Notes: a model not told the origin generated them from the letters alone. A stretch of 27,563 bases of DNA from Gemmatimonadota bacterium (GCA_039588275.1 JBDHAC010000046.1:1-27563); one strand, 5' to 3'; shown: positions 8,866-17,504, counted from the stretch's first letter. Translations and numbers: made by a program.

Positions 8866-10791
8866 TCAGACCCGGTCCAACACCGCCTCGACCGCGCGTC
8901 TTCCTTCCGCTGTGGCTCCCGTCCAGTTCTGGTGGCCCCGGAGCTCCGAGTGGCCAATCGCGATGCGGCCGAACGGCTCGCGGATGACTTCGGCGGGAGC
9001 GGGCTCGCCGCCGGAGCCGAAAAAGAACCCGGGCCCTGGGGCCACATAGGCGTGTCCCCACCGGTTGAGCACCAGCCCTGCGATGTCCGCGGCAGGGTCG
9101 AAGCCCGCGTCGCCGAACAGCTCGAACATCTGAGTTCGGAGGCGTCGCTCGTATTCGGCGAAGCGCGTACTCAGGAGTTCGGTCCGGCCGCGCGCCCCCT
9201 GCTCCGCCGCTGATGGCCCTGGTGCCTCGAACGTGATGTAGAACGTAAGCAGCGTCGGGTGATTGGGGCCGAAGGGCGGTCGGTACGAACCGGCGTACAT
9301 GGGCCGGCGGATGTTGCACGAGAAGCCGAGATCGCCCTCGTACAGACAGGCGGCGATCCCGAGCCGCTCGAGGAACTGCCAGTTCCGGAGAGCCACGTTC
9401 GCGACGAGGATCGGCGCGTGGTGGAACGTCTCGTAGGCCGCCTGGTGCGAGTCGGGCAGATCGGGCAGCACATAGCGGTTCATCCAGCCGCCCGAGGCCA
9501 TGACCACACCCGCGGCTTCGACGGTGTAGGCCCGGCCGCCGTACAAGTATGTGACACGCACGCGCTCGCTTGCATCACGGGGCCCTGCGTGACGGACATC
9601 GATTACGGTGGCCGCCAGTCGGATCCGGACGGCCTCGCCCTCCCGGTCGAGCGAGGCGAAGTCCGTGTGTCCGCCGATCACGTCCCCCAACTCGAGCGTT
9701 CCCTCGATCGAATCGGGCCGGAGGTTCTTCACGAAATAGCGTGCGATCCCCGTGTTGCCCCCCGGAAACGAGTGGAACGTGACGCCGTCGTAGCGGGATG
9801 GAGCCCCGAAGCCGGGGAGCGCGAAGTGATATCCCCACCAGGCGGATACGGCGTCGCAGCCGAGCCCGATGATGCTCGCGAGAATCGGGTCCACGTAGGC
9901 GGTCACCTCGGGAGGGAGCCCCAGTACGTCCTCGTAGTATTCCTTCAGCGTAATGCGGTCGAGCCAGCGGGGCGGCTCGTCCGCCGCGTCGGCATCGGCA
10001 GGCCGGTGCTCCTCGACCCGGGCGGTCCGCCAGCGGCGGAAGCCATCGCGAACGGCGTCGGACCACGGCGCCTGTGCCACGTCGTCCCACAGATTCCGCA
10101 CCCAGCGTCCGCCCTGGTCTTCCCTGAAGAAGTGCCCGACCGAGTATCGGTCCTGCACCCAGTGCATGAACCCGTAGTTGTCGAGTGGGGCGCGAATGTC
10201 ACCGGCCTGTGGGGCGTACTCGAACTCCCGGGGGATTCCGAGCGCGGAGAAGTAGTCGTCGTGGTCGCCCGTGGCCGGCCGTACCGTGAAGTCGTTCGAG
10301 CCTTGTGGGCCCATGAGCCGCACCCCGTCGACTTCGAGCTCGTTGCGCTTCGCCTCGCCGCCGAACACGGGATGATTGTCGAGCAACAGGCAACGACCGG
10401 ACGGATTCAGCCGTTTGAAGTGGTGTGCGGCCGACAGACCGGCCAGACCAGCCCCGACGATCACGACGTCGAAGCGATCGCCCGTGTCGATCGCGTCTTC
10501 CAGGCTCGGGGCGCGGGCGTCGCGCAATCGATGCGCCGCACGTACGACGTCCGGCGTATTGCCGTGCGAGGATGCGTAGTCGCCTAACCCGCCCGGGCCG
10601 TACCAGTCCGGGCCGAGCGCGTCGGACCACGGGTCGGATGGGGACGTCGAGAGGGCCTCCGAGCCGCCGGCTCCATCGGTCCCGCAGCCCAGGAACGCAG
10701 CACCGGCTAGCCCGGCACCCGTCAGGTGCACGAAGTCGCGTCGCGTAATGTCGCGATGGAGCCCCAACTCATCGTCGCGCAACCTGGTCAT
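8866..10791 (-). CDS. Tat-exported FAD-dependent oxidoreductase, spermidine dehydrogenase (SpdH)-like
   Basis: Twin-arginine TRRDFV plus lipobox FLGC. FAD motif VIVGAGLAGL, then DNHPVFGGEAKRNE, FPGGN.GIAR, NRWGHAY and PFGRIAI. Confidence 0.8.
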   Translation of the reverse strand: MTRLRDDELGLHRDITRRDFVHLTGAGLAGAAFLGCGTDGAGGSEALSTSPSDPWSDALGPDWYGPGGLGDYASSHGNTPDVVRAAHRLRDARAPSLEDAIDTGDRFDVVIVGAGLAGLSAAHHFKRLNPSGRCLLLDNHPVFGGEAKRNELEVDGVRLMGPQGSNDFTVRPATGDHDDYFSALGIPREFEYAPQAGDIRAPLDNYGFMHWVQDRYSVGHFFREDQGGRWVRNLWDDVAQAPWSDAVRDGFRRWRTARVEEHRPADADAADEPPRWLDRITLKEYYEDVLGLPPEVTAYVDPILASIIGLGCDAVSAWWGYHFALPGFGAPSRYDGVTFHSFPGGNTGIARYFVKNLRPDSIEGTLELGDVIGGHTDFASLDREGEAVRIRLAATVIDVRHAGPRDASERVRVTYLYGGRAYTVEAAGVVMASGGWMNRYVLPDLPDSHQAAYETFHHAPILVANVALRNWQFLERLGIAACLYEGDLGFSCNIRRPMYAGSYRPPFGPNHPTLLTFYITFEAPGPSAAEQGARGRTELLSTRFAEYERRLRTQMFELFGDAGFDPAADIAGLVLNRWGHAYVAPGPGFFFGSGGEPAPAEVIREPFGRIAIGHSELRGHQNWTGATAEGRRAVEAVLDRV

Positions 10792-11117
10792 TCATTCACT
10801 CTCGAGCAGACGGCTCCGAGGGGCCGGACGGCGCCCGCCTCAGAACCGGGGACCAACCGCTAACTGGGCTAACGGCGCGAACGGACCACCATGCCCATCG
10901 AGAACGCGAGCTGCAAGGCGAGCGCTCAGCACCAGCCGCTCTTTTGCCGGCTCACCAGCGCTGGAGGGATCCATAGTGCATCGAACTCGCCTGGGAGGGG
11001 AGTTAGGAGTCGACGACGTCCAGCGCTTGGTGGGCTCGCGAGGACAGCCTTACAGCTCCAAGTAGGCTTCCTCCGGGTCGATAGCGAACCGTTGAAGTGC
11101 CCACGTGCACATGAGAA

Positions 11118-11471
11118 TCAGCGATCCGACCAGACCGCCAGTTCATTGCCGCTCGGATCGGTGAAGTGAAAGCGTCGTCCGCCCGGAAACTCGAAGATCT
11201 CTCGGACGATCCGACCTCCATTCTCACTGACTCGAGCTTCGATCTCCGCCAGGTTCGTGGAATAGAGTACGACCAGAGGACCGCCTGGCGGCACTTCCGG
11301 CGCTACGCTAAAGCCGCCGGCTAATCGGCCATCCGTGTAGCTCGTGTAATGGGGGCCATAGTCGGTGAACTCCCAGCCGAAGACCTCTGAGTAGAACCTC
11401 TTGGTCTCCTCGATGTTCGTGGTCAGAAACTCTATGTAGTCAACACGACGGTCCTGTTCTACTTGGCTCAT
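11118..11471 (-). CDS. VOC/glyoxalase family protein
   Basis: GAGGAG RBS and ATG 11471. Motifs DYIEF, FY..VFGW.F.DYGP.Y and FPGGRRFHF.DPSGNELAVWS. Confidence 0.9.
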   Translation of the reverse strand: MSQVEQDRRVDYIEFLTTNIEETKRFYSEVFGWEFTDYGPHYTSYTDGRLAGGFSVAPEVPPGGPLVVLYSTNLAEIEARVSENGGRIVREIFEFPGGRRFHFTDPSGNELAVWSDR

Positions 11472-11517
11472 GAGCTCATCTCCTCTCGAGATAAGGCGTC
11501 GTGTACGACCGTAGCCT

Positions 11518-11640
11518 TCAAAGCGTGCTGAATGTGTAGCCGACGAAGATCCGCGCCTCCGGCGTCGCCCAGAAGTCCGCCCCGTCGTCATGCCGGCGTG
11601 CGAGAATGGCCTCTATGTCAGCGTCGTGAACACCCACCAC
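11518..11640 (-). pseudogene. 40-codon 5' gene remnant
   Basis: Hand translation VVGVHDADIEAILARRHDDGADFWATPEARIFVGYTFSTL*. It resembles, from memory and unverified, the N-terminus of a family often annotated 'prenyltransferase' (..AILARRHDNGADFWAT.DGR...PFST..). It stops after 40 codons. Confidence 0.45.
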
Positions 11641-11666
11641 TACTCACCTGGGGGCGGCCTCCCGCT

Positions 11667-12440
11667 TCAGGATGGCTTCCCTGCAACCACACACCACACC
11701 CGATGCTCCACCACCATGGGATCGGGGTATTCTCTACTCAGGAGACGACTCAGAGCATCATCGAAACGCAGCACCTTAGACGGAGAGAGGCCGCCAGACC
11801 CCACCCCGTTGCATGTCCGCATTCTCCCGCGCCAACGAACATGCGAGAACTCCTCGTCATGGTCGTAACAAAAGGCCTCGATGAGTCTAAGCCCGCCGTG
11901 GATCACTTCGTCGATTAGCTCGGGGAAGACCCCAGTCGATCCAGCCATGGTCCACGACGGATTGAACTCCAGAATAAGGTCCTCGGTATCGTGCGCTACA
12001 GGGGTATGCTCTGCCAAGTAGGAATTGTAAGCGATGGCCAGCACACCGCCCGGGCGAAGAACACGCCGTACTTCCGCCATTGCGGCGCCACGATCGAACC
12101 AGTGCCAACACTGGCCGGCTGTGGCCAGGTCAACGGAGCTCGCATCCAGACCGGTCTTCTCCGCGCTGGCGATCCTGAAGTGCACCCGGTCCTCCAGGTT
12201 CCGTTCCTTCGAAACGCGTCTTGCCGTATCGATTTGTTCCGCAGATGTGTCGATGCCCACGACAGAGCTGCCAAGCGCACCGAGTTCTAGTGCGATCGTC
12301 CCTGGGCCAGTGGCAAGGTCGAGAGACCGAGATTCTTTGATGCGAGTAATCGCGTCGATTCGCTGATAGAAAGACGCGGGAAGCCCCGGGCGATAAGCCG
12401 CGTAGTCCTCGCTGTGTCTTCCGAAATCTATGTTGCTCAT
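11667..12440 (-). CDS. Class I SAM-dependent methyltransferase
   Basis: 'DFG..S.DYA.YRPG.P', LDLATGPG, AGQCWHWFD and RVLRPGG. Confidence 0.88.
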   Translation of the reverse strand: MSNIDFGRHSEDYAAYRPGLPASFYQRIDAITRIKESRSLDLATGPGTIALELGALGSSVVGIDTSAEQIDTARRVSKERNLEDRVHFRIASAEKTGLDASSVDLATAGQCWHWFDRGAAMAEVRRVLRPGGVLAIAYNSYLAEHTPVAHDTEDLILEFNPSWTMAGSTGVFPELIDEVIHGGLRLIEAFCYDHDEEFSHVRWRGRMRTCNGVGSGGLSPSKVLRFDDALSRLLSREYPDPMVVEHRVWCVVAGKPS

Positions 12441-12523
12441 GAGTCGGTGGAGCGTGTCAGATGGCGACCGTCAATCTCACCGTGCGCTGTCTTGTGGCCC
12501 AGGGTTTCCCGATATGGAAGAGC

Positions 12524-12934
12524 CTATTCGCAGAGCAGCGCGGCGGTCTCTCGTTGCGCAGGCGTCGCCTTCGACGGCATTGCGAGCACGAAGCCGCGGC
12601 GGTTCGTCGCTTCGGGGAGGTGGATGAGCATCGGGCCCAGGGGTGGCGGTTCGGTGGTCGCCTCGGCCCTCCCGTTATCGGCGATCGTGGTCAGGGAACC
12701 GGGCTCGATCCTCCCGGCCAGCCAGCATCCGTAGGCGAGCCACACGGCGGCCGGGTCGGTGTCGGAGGTTGTCTCGGTTGCCTCCACGTCTTCCCTATAA
12801 CGGGCAACGGCCTCCTCGTACGCGGCAGCGTCGAGCGACTTGAGCTTGCGAAGAAGAGCGCGGTAGAGCGGTTGCACGTCCTCGAGCCCGTGCTTCTCGA
12901 GAGATCGAGCGTACGCGTCGCTCACGTCAGCCAT
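12524..12934 (-). CDS. Hypothetical protein
   Basis: 136-aa ORF, co-directional with its neighbours and 24 bp from the DUF1801 gene. No motif recognised. Confidence 0.65.
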   Translation of the reverse strand: MADVSDAYARSLEKHGLEDVQPLYRALLRKLKSLDAAAYEEAVARYREDVEATETTSDTDPAAVWLAYGCWLAGRIEPGSLTTIADNGRAEATTEPPPLGPMLIHLPEATNRRGFVLAMPSKATPAQRETAALLCE

Positions 12935-12958
12935 TGGATCTCCGAAGCGTGAGCGGGA

Positions 12959-13375
12959 TCAAGGGGACGGGTTCGAGACGTGCTCGACCGAGCTCCGGAC
13001 CAGCTCCTCCAGCACCTCCATGTCCACGTCATCCAGCTTGTTGATGTACAGGCACCCTTTCCCGGTCTTGTGCTTCCCGAGCCTGGACATCAGCTCGCCG
13101 TGCTTTGAGAAACCGCCCATGATGTACAGCGTCAAGCTCTGCTTGCGGGGCGAGAATCCGGCCACGAACCAGTCGCCTTCTCGCCCGCTCTCGTACTTGT
13201 AGTGGTAGCTCCCGAACCCGATGATGGACGGTCCCCACATCACGGGCTCCTCACCCGTGACGCGCTTCATCAGGTCGAGCACCGTGAACGCGTCCTCACG
13301 ACGGCGTTGGCTCTCGACGCTCTCCAGAAAGGCTCCGACGCTCCCGTCGTGCGGCTGCGTCTTCAGCTCGGCCAT
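12959..13375 (-). CDS. DUF1801 (YdhG-like) domain protein
   Basis: MWGPSIIGFGSYHYKYESGREGDW..GFSPRK and LGKHKTGKGCLYI. AGGAG RBS. Confidence 0.88.
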   Translation of the reverse strand: MAELKTQPHDGSVGAFLESVESQRRREDAFTVLDLMKRVTGEEPVMWGPSIIGFGSYHYKYESGREGDWFVAGFSPRKQSLTLYIMGGFSKHGELMSRLGKHKTGKGCLYINKLDDVDMEVLEELVRSSVEHVSNPSP

Positions 13376-13441
13376 CGAGCTTCTCCTGTCATTCGTGCAC
13401 GGCGATTCTGTTCGTCAGTCGCCCGCGGTGAGTCTAGACCC

Positions 13442-14695
13442 TCACTCCCCCGCGGCCATCGAATCCAGGAACTCCTGGTTCGTCTCCGTGCGCTTGAGCC
13501 GCTCGATCAGGAACTGCACCGCCTCCGCGGCTGGCATGTCGGAGAGGAAATTCCGCAGCAGGTACATCCGATTGAGCTCGATCTCGTTCAGGAGCAGCTC
13601 TTCCTTCCGCGTGCTCGAGCGGTTGAGGTCGAGCGCCGGATAGATCCGCTTGTCCGCGATCTGCCGGTCGAGGATCACCTCGCTGTTGCCGGTCCCCTTG
13701 AACTCCTCGAAGATCACCTCGTCCATGCGGCTGCCCGTCTCGACTAGCGCCGTCGCGCAGATGGTGAGGCTACCGCCTTCCTCGATGTTGCGGGCCGCTC
13801 CGAAGAACCGCTTCGGCTTGTGCAACGCGTTCGCGTCCACACCACCGGAGAGGATCTTGCCCGAATGTGGCACGGTCGTGTTGTAGGCGCGCGCCAGACG
13901 GGTAATCGAGTCGAGCAGGATCACCACGTCCTGCTGATACTCGACCAGTCGCTTCGCCTTCTCGAGCACCATCTCGGCGACCTGCGTGTGCCGGTCCGCC
14001 GGCTCATCGAACGTCGAGGCGATGATCTCGGCCGCGACGTTCTCCTCCATGTCGGTGACCTCCTCGGGCCGCTCGTCGATGAGTAGCACGATGAGCTTCA
14101 CGTCCGGGGTGTTCTCGAGGATCGAGTTCGCGACCTTCTGGAGGAGGATGGTCTTCCCGGCCTTGGGTGGGGAGACGATCAGGCTGCGCTGCCCCATGCC
14201 GATCGGGGCGATCAGGTCCAGGATGCGCATCGAGACGTCCCCGTCTTCCCGCTCGAGCTGCAGGCGCTCTTCAGGATACCGCGGTCGCAGGTTGTCGAAC
14301 GCGATCCTGTGCTTTGCCTTTTCCGGGTCCTCGCCGTTGACCACCTCCACCTTGAGCAACGCCAGGTACCGCTCGCCCTCCTTGGGAGGACGTACCTGCC
14401 CGAGGATCGTGTCGCCGGTCCGCATGTCGAAGCGCTTGATCTGCGAAGGCGAGACGTAGATGTCGTCGGGGCCGTACAGGTAGTTCCAGTCCTGGCTGCG
14501 CAGGAAGCCGTAGCCCTCCGGCAGGATCTCGAGGACCCCCTCTCCCCGCAGCACGACGTCCGAGTCGAGCAGGTTCTGCTCGATCCGGAAGATGAGATCC
14601 TGCTTACGGAGGCCCGAGTAGTTGTGGATGTTCAGCTCGTCGGCCATCTCGTGAAGCTCGCCGATGGACTTTGATTTCAATTCGGCGATGTCCAC
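13442..14695 (-). CDS. rho: Transcription termination factor Rho
   Basis: GTG 14695 after GGAGAGG. Motifs [16 protein letters not shown]-loop [31 protein letters not shown] and EEFKGTGN. Confidence 0.98.
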   Translation of the reverse strand: MDIAELKSKSIGELHEMADELNIHNYSGLRKQDLIFRIEQNLLDSDVVLRGEGVLEILPEGYGFLRSQDWNYLYGPDDIYVSPSQIKRFDMRTGDTILGQVRPPKEGERYLALLKVEVVNGEDPEKAKHRIAFDNLRPRYPEERLQLEREDGDVSMRILDLIAPIGMGQRSLIVSPPKAGKTILLQKVANSILENTPDVKLIVLLIDERPEEVTDMEENVAAEIIASTFDEPADRHTQVAEMVLEKAKRLVEYQQDVVILLDSITRLARAYNTTVPHSGKILSGGVDANALHKPKRFFGAARNIEEGGSLTICATALVETGSRMDEVIFEEFKGTGNSEVILDRQIADKRIYPALDLNRSSTRKEELLLNEIELNRMYLLRNFLSDMPAAEAVQFLIERLKRTETNQEFLDSMAAGE

Positions 14696-14795
14696 CTGTC
14701 CTCTCCGTGAATGTGGTGTGAACGGCGGCACCCGCGCGCGCCCGCATCGGGTGCTGGAACTCGTGTCAGCGAATAGAATCGGTTACTGCAGCCGT

Positions 14796-14837
14796 GATTC
14801 TGGGGTTGTGTTCTCGATTGCTCGGGGTTGTGTTTTC
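14796..14837. repeat. Imperfect two-copy tandem repeat (20 and 22 bp) in the rho leader
   Basis: GATTCTGGGGTTGTGTTCTC / GATTGCTCGGGGTTGTGTTTTC. Identical core GGGGTTGTGTT at 14802-14812 and 14824-14834. Confidence 0.75.
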
Positions 14838-14876
14838 GAACGGATTGTGGTGCCGGGGGATGGGTTGGACACCCCG

Positions 14877-14905
14877 AGGATAACGGCTTGCATGAGAGTG
14901 GTCAA
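14877..14905 (-). promoter_or_regulatory. Sigma70-type promoter for rho
   Basis: Minus strand TTGACC (14905-14900), 17-nt spacer, TATCCT (14882-14877). Confidence 0.6.
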
Positions 14906-14956
14906 GCGAAGGGCGAGTGGACAGGGACGCAGGATCGGTCCGGCCAAGGAGGAGGC

Positions 14957-15313
14957 ATGGCGCGTCACAACCAGGAGGGGAGAGGCGTCGATCAGCACGG
15001 TAACCTGTGGAAGATCGGGTACCAGCCGGACTGGCTGAGGCAGGTCAAGATCTCCAGAGAGCTACCGGACGGCAGGCGCCGATCCAGCCTGACCCTATTC
15101 CGAAATCCGACGCGTCAGGCCCTGGCATCGCCCGGCAAGTCGATTCGGACGCGCATCTCGTCGCTGGATGGGTCGGTCGACGTCCAGATCTCGCTGGAGG
15201 ATCGCGACGGCGTCGTCGATCACGTCATCGTGGGGATGAAGCGGAAGCGGGGGCGGAAGTTCGAGAGCATCCGGTTCGTGATTCAGGGAGGCTTGCCAAA
15301 GCCGCGTCGCTGA
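14957..15313 (+). CDS. Hypothetical basic protein
   Basis: Strong RBS AAGGAGGAGG before ATG 14957. 118 aa, Arg/Lys-rich (MARHNQEGRG...YQPDWL..VK..R...TLFRNP). Confidence 0.75.
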   Translation: MARHNQEGRGVDQHGNLWKIGYQPDWLRQVKISRELPDGRRRSSLTLFRNPTRQALASPGKSIRTRISSLDGSVDVQISLEDRDGVVDHVIVGMKRKRGRKFESIRFVIQGGLPKPRR

Positions 15314-15336
15314 ACCGCAACGCGAGGTGTAGAACC

Positions 15337-16302
15337 CTAGAAGATCCGGATACGCAGCCACCGGTCGGGCCGCGCGGTCAACTCGGCCACGACGCTGTCC
15401 AATCGAGCTCGTAGCAGCGCCAGCTGATCCTGGATCTCTCGATCCCGAAGCGCGCGTCCCGCCGTGCCTTCGCCGGCATCCAGCCTCGCCTCCAGCCCTG
15501 CGATGCGGGTCATGAGCGCATCGAGATGGCCGGCCAGCTCTTCGAGGGGCATGCGCTCCTCTGCATCCTCCCCGGACCTCACCGAGAGCGCCGCCAGCCG
15601 GGCCCGAACGCTGTCCATGCGCGCAGGCATCAGCGAGTCGGTCAGGAGCCGGCCCAACGAGCCTCTCTCGAGATCACGCACGAGCACGTCGCGAAGCCGG
15701 GCGAGGTCACGCCGGAGAGCCGCGCGAAGCGGCTCATTCGATGCGAGGGCCGACAGCGTACCCCTGGGGTCGTCCAGCGTACGGCCCAGCTCCACGGCCC
15801 GGTCGGAGAGTCGGCTTCCGGCCGCGCGCAGCGAGTCGACGAGCTCGAGCACGTATTCCTGATCCAGATCCTCGGAGACGGCGCGCAGGGTATCGGTGAA
15901 GTCGAAGGGCGGAAACCCAGGCGTTCCGGGCCGGATGCTCACGACGACGGGCTCCAGCAGGTCCGACGGGCGGATCGACACGGACGCGTCGGATCGGATT
16001 ACGTCTCCCACCGTGCGCTGAAGCACCGCGTGGATGATGACGTTGTCGCGGCTGTCCGGATCTGGAGGCCGGAACAGCACCTTGAGCACCCGGCCGACGG
16101 GACGTCCCGCCACCCATACCGTCGACCCGGGCTCGAGACCCGGGGCCGTCGCGGCCGCTATCGTGACTTGTGGCCCCTCCTGCGTGGCGCGCATCAAGTC
16201 ATCGAGGAAGAACACGGCCAACGAGATCGTGGTGACCACCGCGATCCATATAAAGCCGATCCCCGCGCGTCGGCGGGAGCGTCTGGGTCCTGACCTGGCC
16301 AT
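15337..16302 (-). CDS. MlaD/MCE family protein
   Basis: N-terminal transmembrane helix, MCE motif 'APGLEPGSTVWVAGRPVGRV', IRSDA..I, and a helical tail with GSLG/GTAG repeats. Confidence 0.82.
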   Translation of the reverse strand: MARSGPRRSRRRAGIGFIWIAVVTTISLAVFFLDDLMRATQEGPQVTIAAATAPGLEPGSTVWVAGRPVGRVLKVLFRPPDPDSRDNVIIHAVLQRTVGDVIRSDASVSIRPSDLLEPVVVSIRPGTPGFPPFDFTDTLRAVSEDLDQEYVLELVDSLRAAGSRLSDRAVELGRTLDDPRGTLSALASNEPLRAALRRDLARLRDVLVRDLERGSLGRLLTDSLMPARMDSVRARLAALSVRSGEDAEERMPLEELAGHLDALMTRIAGLEARLDAGEGTAGRALRDREIQDQLALLRARLDSVVAELTARPDRWLRIRIF

Positions 16303-16354
16303 GCAGGAGAATGTCGGATCTCGACGGGCTCGCCGCGAGCGGGTCAAGGAGATT

Positions 16355-16378
16355 TGTGCCACTGCCGAAACTGGCACA
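16355..16378. promoter_or_regulatory. Palindrome TGTGCCA-N10-TGGCACA in the divergent mlaD/ssb intergenic region
   Basis: Perfect 7-bp inverted repeat at 16355-16361 and 16372-16378. Function is inferred. Confidence 0.4.
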
Positions 16379-16485
16379 CCCGGGGTGGAGCCGGGCGCGG
16401 ACCGACCGCAGCGTGGCTATCACGAGGAGCGTGGTCTCGCGACCGAGACCGCCATGCCCGACTTCACCTTAGGAGGAGAAGCGCC

Positions 16486-16857
16486 ATGTCCCGAACCGTC
16501 AACCGAGTCATCCTGCTGGGGAACGCAGGAGCCGAGCCCGATGTGCGTGAGACCGGATCCGGCACGCGCGTGGCACACCTTTCGCTCGCGACGAATCGCC
16601 TCTTCCGACAGAACGGTGAGTCCCAGGAGCGGACCGAATGGCACCGCCTCACGTTCTGGGGTCGGCAGGCCGAGACCGTCGAGCGCTACGTGAACAAGGG
16701 CGCGAAGCTGTACATCGAAGGTCGCATAGAGTACGGTTCGTATGACCGTGACGGGGTTACGGTCCCGACGGTGGATGTGGTGGTGGAGGAGTTCGTGATG
16801 CTCGATCCACGGCCCATCGATGCGGACGAAATGGATGAGGTGCTCGTAACGGCCTGA
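16486..16857 (+). CDS. ssb: Single-stranded DNA-binding protein, short form
   Basis: AGGAGG RBS and ATG 16486. Motifs VNRVILLGN.G..P, LATN, TEWHR..FWG..AE and KG..LYIEGRI. Confidence 0.93.
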   Translation: MSRTVNRVILLGNAGAEPDVRETGSGTRVAHLSLATNRLFRQNGESQERTEWHRLTFWGRQAETVERYVNKGAKLYIEGRIEYGSYDRDGVTVPTVDVVVEEFVMLDPRPIDADEMDEVLVTA

Positions 16858-16958
16858 TGCTCGCGCGGACCGCTCTGGGCGGCGCCGCACGCGCGGCAGA
16901 TCGACAGGCTTGACCGGACCGTCCGAGACCACGTGAACCTTCAACGATACCACGGAGC

Positions 16959-17504
16959 GTGAGCGAACCGCCGGCGCACGATCCCGGCTTCCTGACACTA
17001 TCGAACCTCCTTTCGCTGAGTCGAATTCCGCTCGGCGTGGCGTTCGTGATGGTAACGGACGTGGGGGTTATGGCGATCCTCATCGCGGCCGCGGCCGCCA
17101 CGGACGTCCTCGATGGGTTCATCGCGCGGGTGAGCGGCACGGTGTCCCACATCGGGCTGCTGCTGGATCCCCTGTGCGACAAGCTGTTCGTGTTGTTGGC
17201 GCTCTCCGCCTTCGTGGCCGGACCGGGACTCGATTGGGCCGCGTTCCTGATCCTCATCCTGCGCGACATCTTCACGGCTGGCTGCTATTTCCTCGGCCGG
17301 CTGATCCACATCGTCATCCCGTTCACCCCTCGGTGGGGCGGCAAGATCGCGACCGCTTTGCAGCTCCTGACACTGTTCGCTCTGATCTTCGGGCCGGAGT
17401 ATGTTCCGCTCCTCGTCGTGCTCGTCGGCATAGTCTCCGTGTACGCGATCATCGATTACGGAACGAGCGCGCTCCGTCTGCAATGGCAGCGGACGACGGC
17501 CTGA
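16959..17504 (+). CDS. CDP-alcohol phosphatidyltransferase (PgsA-like)
   Basis: 'NLLSLSRI', signature D..DG..AR...S..G..LDP..D, RD, and GK..T..Q. Multiple transmembrane helices. Confidence 0.85.
   Translation: MSEPPAHDPGFLTLSNLLSLSRIPLGVAFVMVTDVGVMAILIAAAAATDVLDGFIARVSGTVSHIGLLLDPLCDKLFVLLALSAFVAGPGLDWAAFLILILRDIFTAGCYFLGRLIHIVIPFTPRWGGKIATALQLLTLFALIFGPEYVPLLVVLVGIVSVYAIIDYGTSALRLQWQRTTA

Noticed and set aside
9259..10587. Long antisense or alternative-frame ORFs (also 20050..21276, 22527..23774, 23372..24595, 25195..26118, 26151..27170)
   Set aside because: They are shadow ORFs of well-supported genes, expected in high-GC DNA, and carry no recognisable motifs.
10860..11010. CTAAC...GTTAG pairs suggesting an integron attC site
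   Set aside because: They do not fit RYYYAAC/GTTRRRY, there is no extended internal palindrome, and there is no repeat in other spacers or integrase in the window.
11050..11112. Short minus-strand frame MCTWALQRFAIDPEEAYLEL*
   Set aside because: It may be a 3' gene remnant, but it is too short to assign and has no RBS.
13419..13455. TCAGTCGCCCGCGG resembling the rho 3' end TCACTCCCCCGCGG (possible att-like duplication)
   Set aside because: A 12/14 match in GC-rich DNA with no integrase nearby is likely chance.
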